Below, piece by piece: positions 52,919 to 64,000 of a stretch of DNA of 64,000 bases; within the stretch, counting starts at the first letter, position 1; every line of letters starts with the position of its first letter. Source of the DNA: the human T2T-CHM13v2.0 reference genome, Homo sapiens; the NCBI RefSeq assembly GCF_009914755.1, contig NC_060925.1. One strand, written 5' to 3'. The translations under genes were made by a program, and so were the position numbers. A model generated the notes under the pieces. That model saw only the letters and a program-made list of their open reading frames with translations. It was not told the DNA's origin and made no database searches.

Positions 52919-53919
52919 GATTATTTAGCTTTCTATTCAGTTCATTAATCATCACACTTGACCGTGCCAGTGACTGACTCATGATTCAAGAAGAGCTTGC
53001 TTCCACTTCCCAGAACTTGTTCCAGTTTCTCATTCTGCTTCCTATGCACTGTGTGAACTTGGACAAGTGACTTCACCTCCTGAACCTCAATTTTCATCCT
53101 TCAAAAGATGCGATAATAACATTTATTTCACACGTGTGTTATCAAGAGGAAATGAAAAAGCATTTAATTAAAACTGTTACTTTTAGTGCTTAATAATTGT
53201 TAGTTTCCCACCTTTTTCCTTTCTTCCTTCCTCTCTCTTTCTATTCCTTCTTTTCTTTTCCCTTGCTTCCATGCTTTCTTTCTTCCTCTGTTCTTAACAA
53301 GTACTGTAATGAATACAAAGAAGTTTAACAGAGGATCCTTGCTCAAAGGAAGTTAATCTCCAGGTGGCTTCAGTTTCCTCATCTATAAAATGTGAAGGTG
53401 GGAATGGATAACTTCTCCAGATATGTCCTCCCCTCACCAATTTCTCTGCAGTAACACGTGTACATACGTAGTCAGCACAGATTACCAAGCACCTCTTTTC
53501 AGCCAGATCCTGAGCTAAGCTACACGGATAGATAGATTTACACTCCCTGTCCTCCACAAGCTCACAGAAAAATTGTAGCTGAAGACAAGGGGGAAGAACC
53601 TACAGTAGGCATGCAATTTATATAACTATTTTAAAGAGTTCAGATGTCAAGTAGAGAAAGGGGAAAATAGCCACGTCAGAGTCTACTGATGAGACAATCA
53701 GAGAGGGAAACACACAAAGTACTGTAGCTCTTGTCTGATTAAAAAGTACACACAAGTGTTAAAAGGAAGTAAAAGTTCACCACTCAGGGCAAATTATTTA
53801 CAGGCACCAAATATTCCGAAGGAAATCTAAGGCATACCAACTACTAAATGTATTCAGTCTTCTAGGTTCTATGGTTAAGCTTGGTAGGAAAAAAAAATAC
53901 AAAACCATACAATACTGGA

Positions 53920-53930
53920 AAGAGAGAAAG

Positions 53931-53989
<59 letters not shown>

Positions 53990-54040
53990 AAAGGAAGAGA
54001 TGGAAGAAAAGGAAGAGGAAGAAAGGAAGGAAGGAAAGTA
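53920..54040. repeat. (GAAA)15 STR plus polypurine extension
   Basis: (GAAA)15 at 53932-53991. Confidence 0.93.
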
Positions 54041-54839
54041 ACTTTGGTTTACACTTCTATGTACTCAGTTCCATACCAGGCCCCTTCACTGATATTATTC
54101 CATGAATGAAAGAAAAGAAGGAGAGAGGAAAGAAGGGGAAGAGAGGTGTGGGGTAGGGACAGGGAGGATGGAGAGGAGGGAAGAAGGAGGGACAAGAGGA
54201 GTGAAGGAAGGGAAGAAGGGAAGCGAAGAGAAGGTAGAAAAAGAAATGGAAGAAACTTGCAAGATGGATATTACCTTCCTTTTAAACGTGAGAAAACTAA
54301 AGCCAACAGATGAAATGCCTCGCACAGGCCACACAGATAATAAGAAGCAGAACCAGGATTCAAAGCCAGCTATGTCTGATTTCAAAGCTTGTGCTCCTTT
54401 CAGAATATCCTAATCACCAGGGCAGAGTCCAGTGTATCCCCCAAATGATGGTATAATTGTAAAGTATAGTCCAAAAAGCAGTAGCCAGGACCTCATAAGA
54501 ATGGGAATAAAAGAAACAGAAATAAGAGCCCTTCCAGGTGCCCAGAGAATTCCACCACTCCTGTGATTAGCTATGCAAGATTCACCTCTCCCTTTGCTAT
54601 TTATTGACTGAGTTAACCCTAGGCAAGTCACTGCACCTCTCTGGACCCCCAGTTATCTGCAAAATGGGTGTGTAATATTGTCACCATTTGATGAAGGAGA
54701 CTGCATTCGCTAACCTCTTGAGATCCCCTTCAGCTTTAAGCCCTTGATTCTACTCACATCACAGAATCTCATACCTGGAAAGGACTATAGGAATAAGTGT
54801 TTCTCAAGCTTGAGAAGTAGACAGACCTTGGAGGAGAGA

Positions 54840-55245
54840 TTTTTATTTGCCCCCCTTTATCTGTTCTCTTCTTTTACATAGTGATAGAATTTTTAGTTGG
54901 TCGCAAGACTTTGCAGCTAAAGAGATTTCTTGCAGCTAGGTGTAGCCATATGACCAAATTATAGGATGTGAAAAGAAGTGATTTGGGCAACTTCTGTCCC
55001 TGAAAGAAAACAGTAGGCTCTCCCCCTTTCCTCCTTCCTGCTGGATGGAATGCAGACTTGATGGCAGGAGCTGGAGCTGCAGTCTTGGATCACAAGGTGG
55101 AAGTCAAGTGTTGAGCACTACAGAGCAACATGAGGGAAAGAGCAGGGGTCTTGATGATTGTGGAGCCATCGTTCTAGCTCTGGATCACCTACCTCGACTT
55201 TTTATTTGAGAGAGAAATAAATTCCTATCTTGTTTATGCCATTGT
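54840..55245 (+). mobile_element. Old MaLR LTR (MLT1H/I/J-like)
   Basis: ttgcagctaggtgtagccatatgacc...gatggcaggagctggagctgcagtcttgga...gagagagaaataaa. Confidence 0.6.
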
Positions 55246-56844
55246 CTCCTAACAAATTCATTCCTTTTAAAGAAAAAAAAAACTCTCTAATTTCCCAATT
55301 TGGGAAACACACCACATGGAAAGTTAAATGCTAATACTCCAGATGTTTTCGTGGTGCTGCTAGAGCCATAAATACAAATTCAAACAGGACTGCTGAAACC
55401 TCATGTCTATAAATGGAAATCGAGGGGAAGGGTCCTTAAATAATTCCGATTGTTTTATATTGAATGAGAAGAGGTTTGGATAATCATTTCAATGTAAACA
55501 CAAATTTATACAAATTACCGCAGAACTTTTAAATTGCCCTCACCCCTACCCTGAGCCTGGAGGCCCAAGGAACTCAATTAGAGAGAGAAAAAAAACGATC
55601 TAATCCATTTGTTTTATAAGAAATTTCTCAGTGACTCCAGGGCAATATCTGGTGGAGACAGAAGTCCTGAGAGCAGGAGGCAGGACAAGGGGGAGGCAGA
55701 AGAAGGAGAACCTTGGGTCCCCATCCTCGCTTCAACCACAGCACCACTGCTTTAATCTAGTTTATAAACTAGGGTTTTATAGGAGAGTTCAAAAGGCTCT
55801 GTTGTTAAAGTTCAAATATGTCCAACCTCCTGGTTAACAGAGGAAGGAGCTAGAGTCCAGAAAGGGGAAGTGGTTTGCCCAAAGTTTCACAGTAAGGGGG
55901 AGGCCAAGTTCCCCATGCCTAGAAACCAGCCTTTCACCTGAATCAGACCTACCGATCAAGCCAGACCCAGTGCCTAACCTGGAAACAACCCGACAAGGCT
56001 TCTTGAAGTCCCTCAACCCACTTTTACCCCATAGAGAGAGCTTCTCTTTTGCTCATAATTTTTCAGTGACTGTCTTGTCTCCATCTGTATTTCACTCAGA
56101 AGAGAAAGAGCCTTTAACCACTACAGGTACCATACCCTGAGGATGTGCTGGTAGATTCCTAAACAGGCCAGGGAAGTCAGGGGCCAGCCAGCCATCTCAG
56201 CTGACCCAGACAGTTCCTGCAGCATCACGACCAAAAGTGTCTTCTTCCCAGAAGGAAGGGTCAGGTAGGTGCCTGGTGTCAAGAACAGGCTTCCAAATTC
56301 TTAGGCATTAGTGTTGGTCACACAGATTAAAGTTAAAAGTGATTATTCATAAGAATAATCCAGATGTTCCCAGTTCTCAGAGGGCTTTTACACGCATTAT
56401 CTCATTTGGGGACTCACACAATGTTACAAGGAACACTGGGCAGAAATTAATATGCCCTTCTATAGGTGGAGGCCCATCAGGATCTCACCAGAATGTGAGA
56501 CTTTCAAGGGCAGAAGATTTTGTCTATTTTGTTCACTGCTATTTCCCTAGTGTTTACAACACTCAACTTGGAATGATGTTCAATATCTATTTATTTAACG
56601 AATGAGTAATAAACAGCCCTTGCCAATCTTCCTAATCTCATCTCTCTTCACTTTTCCCATATGCCACTGACTGTGATCACACTGAACCGCATCCAGGTGC
56701 CCAAGTGTGAGAAACTCCTCCCCAAGCCTGAAGTTTCTGCATGAGTTTTTTTCCTCAGCCTGAAGTGGGCTCCTCCAACTTAGCCTCTATTGGACCTTTA
56801 TGTCTCAATCTTGACATTCTGGGCTACAGATGCCTCACCAGGCA

Positions 56845-57001
56845 AGAGCAACCAGCCTAGGGGACAACTAAGGGTGAAAAATCTCCACTTGTGCTCTGCT
56901 TGCCAAGCTGGGCATCCTGCCATGGAGCTATAGTCACCCACAAAAAGGGGTGCCTTTTTCAAATTTTCACAAAGGCTCCAACAGAGTTAACTGTGGTCCT
57001 G
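56845..57001. mobile_element. MER45-like hAT relic within L2
   Basis: aaggggtgcctttttcaaattttcacaaaggctcc...gtggtcctg. Confidence 0.5.
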
Positions 57002-57554
57002 TTGACAAGTTCCTCTGGGGGTTTTTGTTCACAGCCCAAAATAGTTTGGAGTCCACTCACAATCTCTGGACTTGTCTGTTTCCCTCTCAAGGCGGTGAGT
57101 TCTTCCACGGCAGGGGCTGTCTGGTTAGAAGTTCTCAGGCATCAGTACCATGCCAGGCCCACAGGAGGGGTTCAAGAAATGTTTATTGAATGACAGAGTA
57201 AATGAATGAATGATGAGTGAAGCGTAGAGAGGTGAACTGACTTTTCCAGAGTCAAACGGCCAGTAAGCGGCACAGCTGGCTTGAGTCCCCTAAACCTCCT
57301 GAAATCTAGTCTAGAGCTTTCTTCCATAGTGGAAATCTTCCTTCCAAATATTCCTTCTGGAAGTCAAGTCCTCAGAGACACCTTAACTAGTGGTGAAGAC
57401 AAGTCAGACGAACTTAATTAATTCTGAGCACTCTCATGCATCCTATTCGCCAGGCCAGTGAGGGCATTCAGAAATATTTAGGGAGACTCATTTTTCTACC
57501 TCAATTCTTATTTCTGTCTGCTCCTCACTCTTCACCCAGAATTAAGACATGCTG

Positions 57555-57881
<327 letters not shown>

Positions 57882-59050
57882 CTAACTAAGTTCAAGCAGG
57901 TCCCATGCCTCCAATGCAGGCTGTCCTGACCCAGCTTTGCCCCTTCAGTTCTTATCCTGCAAACCTAAAAAGCTGCTACACCAAGTGGCTTCTCTAAAAG
58001 ACCCCAAGAGCCAAAAGCGACTCACATTTTGGTCTCTGGGGGATAATGTGATCCAGATTCCCTTATGCCATGCTGAACAAGGGAAAGCAAAGAGTATAGA
58101 AAATCACTACATTGGCAGCAGGGAGACGGGGGTTCTGATCCCTGCCCAGCTATTCACACAGTGAGTCATTTACGCAGGTAATTTTTCATCCAGGAGGCGA
58201 AGGAGATTTGAACATGCACCTGGACCAGGACTAGGACTATCTGTAAAAGATCTGAAAGATACCAAGGGAAGGGGAGCTTTGATTGCTTCTCCATCCAAGG
58301 TGGGGGCTGAGCTAGACAGAGTAGAAAGAACTCAGGTATAGTCTCCAATGCTAGGCCCACCACTTTCTCACTGTGTTCTTGGGCAAGTCACTGGACATCT
58401 GAGTCTCCGTTTCCTCATCTGAATACAGGGGTCAAAATTTCTACATTGAAATGGTTTTCCTTCACTTGCCTGTTTTATGATCTTAAAATTGGTAACTGCC
58501 TTCTCTGGGCCTCCCTTCTTTCCTTACCTACTTATCAGCGCTGTGGCAGAGTAGGAAAGGGCATGGGTTCTAGGGCGTGATTTGCAGTGTGATCTTGAGT
58601 CAGTTGCTTCTCTGTGTCTCAGTTTTCTCCTTTGTAAAACAGTGGCTACCTCATGAATTTGTTACAAGGACTAAAAGAGAGGAAAGTATATCAAGTACTT
58701 GGCCCACTGTTAAGTGCTACACAAGTGTGAACTCGCTTACATTGTATGTGTGACTACTGAGTTAAGAAATACCACAGATGAAAGGGTAGAGCATCTGGGT
58801 TCCAGTTCCAGTTTTGTCACTCGCTTGCTTTGTGATCTTAAATAATTACTTACCCTCTCTGGGTCTCCTTTTACGTCTTCAGTAAAATGAAAGGGTGGGA
58901 GCTTCCTAAGGGCCTTCTAGTTCTTGCATTCTGTGTACCAGAATTGTGTACAGAGATTCTGGTACAGAATCCATCTTTGAACCTGCTGCTCCCTGGACCT
59001 GATATGTCTAGCAGTGCTTGTGGAAAACCTACTCCCTTCTCATCCTCTGG

Positions 59051-59081
59051 CCAGGTTAAGTTTAACCTCCTATGGGAATAT
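59051..59081 (+). repeat. 31-bp direct repeat, copy 1
   Basis: ccaggttaagtttaacctcctatgggaatat; 29/31 identical to 61058-61088. Confidence 0.92.
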
Positions 59082-59111
59082 TTCCCTGAGTCACTCAAAA
59101 ACAAACAAACA

Positions 59112-59396
<285 letters not shown>

Positions 59397-59406
59397 CAAA
59401 CAAACA

Positions 59407-59686
59407 GGCTTGGCACAAGTGGCTCACGCCTGTAATCCTAGCACTTTGGGAGGCCCAGGCAGGTGGATCGCCTGAGGTCAGGAGTTCAAGACCAGCCTGG
59501 ACAACATGGTGAAACCCCATCTCTACTAAAAATATAAAAATTAGCCAGGCATCGTGGCGCATGCCTGTAATCCTAGCTACTCAGGAGGTTGAAGCAGGAG
59601 AATCATTTGAACCCGGGAGGCAAATGTTGCAGTGAGCCAAGATCGGGTCACTGCACTCCAGCCTGAGCAAGACTCCTTCTCAAAAA
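59407..59686 (+). mobile_element. Alu (AluS), second of a tandem pair
   Basis: Dimer with a short 3' deletion. Confidence 0.96.
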
Positions 59687-60189
59687 CAAACAAACACACT
59701 CCATTGGCTTCTTCCTATGCTTCGAGCATTTACCTGGATACCACTCTTCTGAATCTGACTTATCATTCTTAGTTTCCCTCGTTCTCTCCCTGCTTACCAA
59801 GCTGGGTACCCCTCGAGGGCCTGGTGGGCCTTGAGTGACAAAGTGCCTGGGCTTTGAAGGCACATCCCAGCCTCAAGAAAGCTCTGTCCCATACTATCTG
59901 GGTGATGTTCTAACTCTCAACTCCCTCATCTATAAAATGGAGACAGTAATACCTACAACACAGGGTCGTGAGGATGAAGTGCCCGAATATCCACTTCTGG
60001 CAGAGGACACTTAGATGCAGTCACGTGAAAGGGCTGGACGTCACCTTTCTCTTTGGAAATGTCCCCAGGGTGTGGCACAAAGGAAGCACGAAATACAGTA
60101 TTAGTGGACTGCATGTTCTGGGGTGAGCAGCTTGGAAACCCCCAACTCCCCATCCGCCAGGCCACAAGGAGTTAATGTTCAACAACACC

Positions 60190-60865
60190 CTTCTGACCCG
60201 GTTCCTTTCCAAACCAGGCCTGCAGAAGCCGACGGCTGCTCCCATTGGGCCCATGCCTGCCCCGCCTTCCCGCCCGGGAGGTCTTCTGCGCCCAGCGCTC
60301 CTCCAGCTTCTTTTGCTCTCCCCAGAAGAATTTAAAAAGCCAAACAAAACCCTTTTGCTGTGATCTCACCCCAGACAAACGCACGGCTCCCAGACAAACG
60401 CACAGCTACAAAAGCAGCCCGCATTTGCATTCTAAACCGTCCCGGCCTGGGATGAAAAGCAGAAAATGAAGTCAAAGCGGCCGGCAGAACAATGAGCCCC
60501 TCCCGGCAGCCGCCGCCCCGGCCGCCCCCACCTCACAGGCTGAATCCCAGGCCCGAGACGTGGGGCGTCCGGAGCAGCCCCCGCCGCGGAGGAACGGCCG
60601 AGGCGCGCCCACCTCCGGGGCCGTCCGAGCCTCGTCGGGCTCGGTGGACTGGCCCCGCCCGAGCGCGCAAGCTTCCCATCTCTGCTTTCTCTCCTCCAGG
60701 GTGAAAGGACGGACGGCCCCGACCCGCAGACCCGGCAGAGCCCCGCGGGGAGGGCACCAGGCCAAAACTAGGAGGAAACCGACCAAGTGGGCTGCGGCGG
60801 CCGGGAAAGAAACCACGTGCGCTGATGTCCTCAGAAACGCAGGGAGATGTTCCACCCACGGAAAC
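60190..60865. promoter_or_regulatory. CpG island (no associated coding exon visible)
   Basis: About 41 CpG in 60481-60840 by hand count; GC boxes (CCCCGCCC 60653), CACGTG 60814, AACAAT 60488; not Alu-derived. Confidence 0.85.
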
Positions 60866-60927
60866 CATTTGGGTTCTGCTAAAGAAGGGGGTCAGGGGTC
60901 AGAAAGGGCTCTTGGAGGGGACGGGAA

Positions 60928-61171
60928 ATATATATGAAATTTAAAATATCTGTATATATTTTTATATATACATATGTATATATGTGTGTATACATGTCTA
61001 TGTGTGTATACATACATATGTGTATATACATATTTTATATGTGTAGTATATATGAGACCAGGTTAAGTTTAACTTCCTCTGGGAATATGTGTGTGTATAT
61101 ATGCAGATAATATATAACATATAATAACATATATAGCATGTAATATATAATTTCAGCGTATATGTATATAT
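60928..61171. repeat. (TA)n/(TG)n low-complexity tract
   Basis: Read directly from the sequence; interrupted at 61058-61088. Confidence 0.9.
61058..61088 (+). repeat. 31-bp direct repeat, copy 2
   Basis: ccaggttaagtttaacttcctctgggaatat embedded in the TA tract. Confidence 0.92.
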
Positions 61172-61249
61172 GCTGAAATCTACAAAATAAAAGTCAACAC
61201 TCCAGCCGCAGCATTCGACAGCCCATAGGGACACAACAATCCGTTGATC

Positions 61250-62052
61250 CTACCCGCCTTTTCACTGCCCCCCACCCATCCCTATGCCATCGGTTTCTCT
61301 GCTTCCTCAGCATAAAGTCCATGCTCCGTCATTTTAATTATTCGGTCTAAACTCCCTTGCCACTCGAACCCATAGGTGTACGCACCTGCCAAACCCCAAG
61401 CAGGTTAAATTCAACTCTTGTCCACCCTCACCTGCGTCTGCCGGGCAAGGCACACCACCTTGCTGACTATTCCCAATAAATTCTTGACACTAACCCCAAA
61501 TGGGTGGTTAATGCTGACTTACATCCCTACTACATTTTCCCAGTGGATTCTCTTCCACTCTTCTAAACAAATACTTTACATTTTCTCTTTTCTCAGCTCC
61601 CCCCTCTGCTCCCCCATCCTTCCTCACTGCTGCTAACTTTGTTGCTGTTTTATTGAGGAAATAGACGCAATCAGGCCAGAACTTCTGCAAGCTTTCCCCA
61701 GGCACCCACCTGATTTGTAGCGTGGCTTGCCTGGTGGCCATCCTGTTCTGCCCTCCGACCTGTGATTTCGCATGAAAGCTGTCTTGCCCTGCCATAGGCC
61801 GAACCTCCACCTGCATTCGACGCCCAAGCCCTTCACAGCTCTGAAAACCCTCCCAGAGCTCTTCTCTTCTGCACCATCACTTTTCCTCTGTCTGGATCAT
61901 TGGCCTCAGCTCACAGACACTACCATTTCCACCATCTTAAAAACAAAAGCAAACCAAAAACAAGAGTCTCTTTTGGCTCCCTATCTTCCTCCAGCTACTT
62001 AACCCATTTCTCAGCTTCCATTTACAGGCCAGCTCTTCAAGAATTGTCTGTG
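61250..62052 (+). mobile_element. L2 LINE internal relic
   Basis: Pyrimidine-rich L2-like segments (ttattgaggaaatagacgcaatcagg; ctggatcatt...ccatcttaaaaa; ccagctac...ccatttctc). Confidence 0.6.
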
Positions 62053-62119
62053 TTAAGGGGCTTCAAACTTGTATGGTTCACCTGCCTGCAGAAGAGAATT
62101 TTGAAAAATTGTGTACTCT

Positions 62120-62506
<387 letters not shown>

Positions 62507-62532
62507 CTAAATAATCAGCCACACACTCTGAA

Positions 62533-62539
<7 letters not shown>

Positions 62540-62574
<35 letters not shown>

Positions 62575-62967
62575 GCTTAGTAAAATACCCACAACGTAAA
62601 AATTTACCGTCTTAACCATTTTTAAGTGTACAGTTGGGTAGTGTTAAGCTAAGTAATAGTCACACTGTTGTGCAACCAATCTCTGGGATTTTTTATCTTG
62701 CAAAATTCAAACCCTAATCCCATTAAATGACAACTTTCCATTCCCTCTTTTCCCCAGCCCTTGGCAGCAACCATTCTACTTTCTGTTTATACGAGTTTGA
62801 CTGTTCTGGATATCTCATATAAGGAAAATCATATAGTATTTGTCTTTTTGGTGACTGGCTTACTTTACTAAACATAATGTCGTCAAAGTTCATCCATGGA
62901 GTGACATGTGTCAAAATGTATATCCTTTTTGTGGCTGAATGATACTCCATTACATGTATACACCAAG
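62540..62967 (-). mobile_element. 5'-truncated L1 (L1MB-like) with (ATT)n tail, 13-bp TSD
   Basis: TSD tctgaattttatt at 62527 and 62968; minus frame MEYHSATKR...WMNFDDIMFSKVSQS. Confidence 0.9.
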
Positions 62968-63519
62968 TCTGAATTTTATTTCACTCTGAAATGAGGTTTT
63001 TGTTTATTCAACAAATATTTACTGAGTACCTACTATGTTTGTGTATATACAGCTCTGGATGGACAATGTGAACCAGAAAGATAAAAAGCTCAAAATCTAG
63101 CAAAGATTTAAAAGGAGACTCACTCTCCTGTCCCATCTTTTGATTCATCACTCGAGCCTGTGGGTCAGAATATCAAGTTTGCACCTGAATCCCAAATCCC
63201 AGTGTTTCAATTTAGAACCTGAGACTATCTAGTTCCAGACTCCATGAATACAAACACATCTTGAGATCCTTCCCTGTACCAACTCACTCCCTCATAAGGG
63301 CTCCCTTATAAGGGCTGCATACGTGTCTGTATCTCTCATGAGATGTAAAGCTCTTTGCAAATAAGAAACAACTGTGACTTTGTTCTATATCATCAGTCTT
63401 TAACAAGGTGCTTGGCACCTAGAAATGCTCAATAATTGTTTTTTAATGTTTACTCCTAAAGCTGGTCTTATTTGTTTAAAATTCTTCAAATAATTCAAAA
63501 TTCAAATTTAAAATAATCC

Positions 63520-63895
63520 CAAAACTATTTCTTGCTACTATGTGTCAGGCCCTGTTCCAGGAGTCAGAACTAAAACAAAGAACAAAACAAGCTTGATCCA
63601 TACTCTTATCACACATTCTAGTTGGGGGTTAGAAGAACCAATAATAAGTAAAAATAATAAGAGAAATATCAGAAAGAGAAATGATTAGAATAGGGTGCTA
63701 GAGTCATAGGGGCTTGGGTTCATCCTGCTTTATACAGGGAAGATCAGGAAAGTCTTCTCCGCAGAAGTGTTCATTGAGCAGAGATATGAATGACAAGAAG
63801 GAATGAAGGAGGGGAAGGTCACAGGGAAGAGCATGCTAGGCAGAAGACACAGAGTGTGCAGAGGCCCTGTGGCAGGAAGATCATATTGAAGCAGG
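63520..63895 (-). mobile_element. L2 LINE relic
   Basis: ctactatgtgtcaggccctgttc...tcaggaaagtcttctc...gagcagagatatgaatga...agaggccctgtggcagga. Confidence 0.7.
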
Positions 63896-64000
63896 TAAAA
63901 TTTATCGTTTTCTTAGTTTAGAGGTGTGGCAACCAAGTCTAGGAGACAGATAGTGATTTGTTCACCTCTCACAGAAGGGAATTGAGTATAATCAGAAAGT

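Noticed and set aside
55757-55772. Perfect 16-bp palindrome ctagtttataaactag
   Set aside because: About one such palindrome is expected by chance in 64 kb (64000/4^8), more in AT-rich DNA.
58934-58966. 11-bp inverted repeat tgtaccagaat/attctggtaca
   Set aside because: Possibly a small template-switch scar, but too short to distinguish from chance.
60472-60937. 111-127 aa ORFs on both strands of the CpG island
   Set aside because: Stop-codon depletion in GC-rich DNA explains them; the products are low-complexity Pro/Arg/Gly/Ala.

Overview
Primate (very likely human) non-coding genomic DNA. I found no credible protein-coding exon, RNA gene or prokaryotic-type system. The listed ORFs arise from Alu/L1/L2/LTR sequence, microsatellites or GC-rich DNA. 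Much of the window is interspersed repeat: 24 Alu copies or fragments (many with readable target-site duplications), old L1 3' ends, many MIR/L2 relics, several MaLR/ERVL solo LTRs (including an L2>MLT1>MLT2A nest) and hAT DNA-transposon relics. Between the repeats are short unique islands with dense transcription-factor motif clusters (ETS/GFI1, GATA/E-box, NF-kB/AP-1, MEF2, HOX/PBX/MEIS), and there is an apparently gene-less CpG island at about 60.2-60.9 kb. Together these suggest a multi-enhancer regulatory domain, possibly haematopoietic; this is inference and the locus is not identified. The most unusual directly visible structures are two near-perfect hairpins built from ancient L2 tails (8701-8820 and 19338-19411) and a 31-bp unique sequence repeated 2 kb away inside a TA-rich tract (59051 and 61058). 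Repeat subfamily names and boundaries were assigned by eye and need RepeatMasker/Dfam confirmation.
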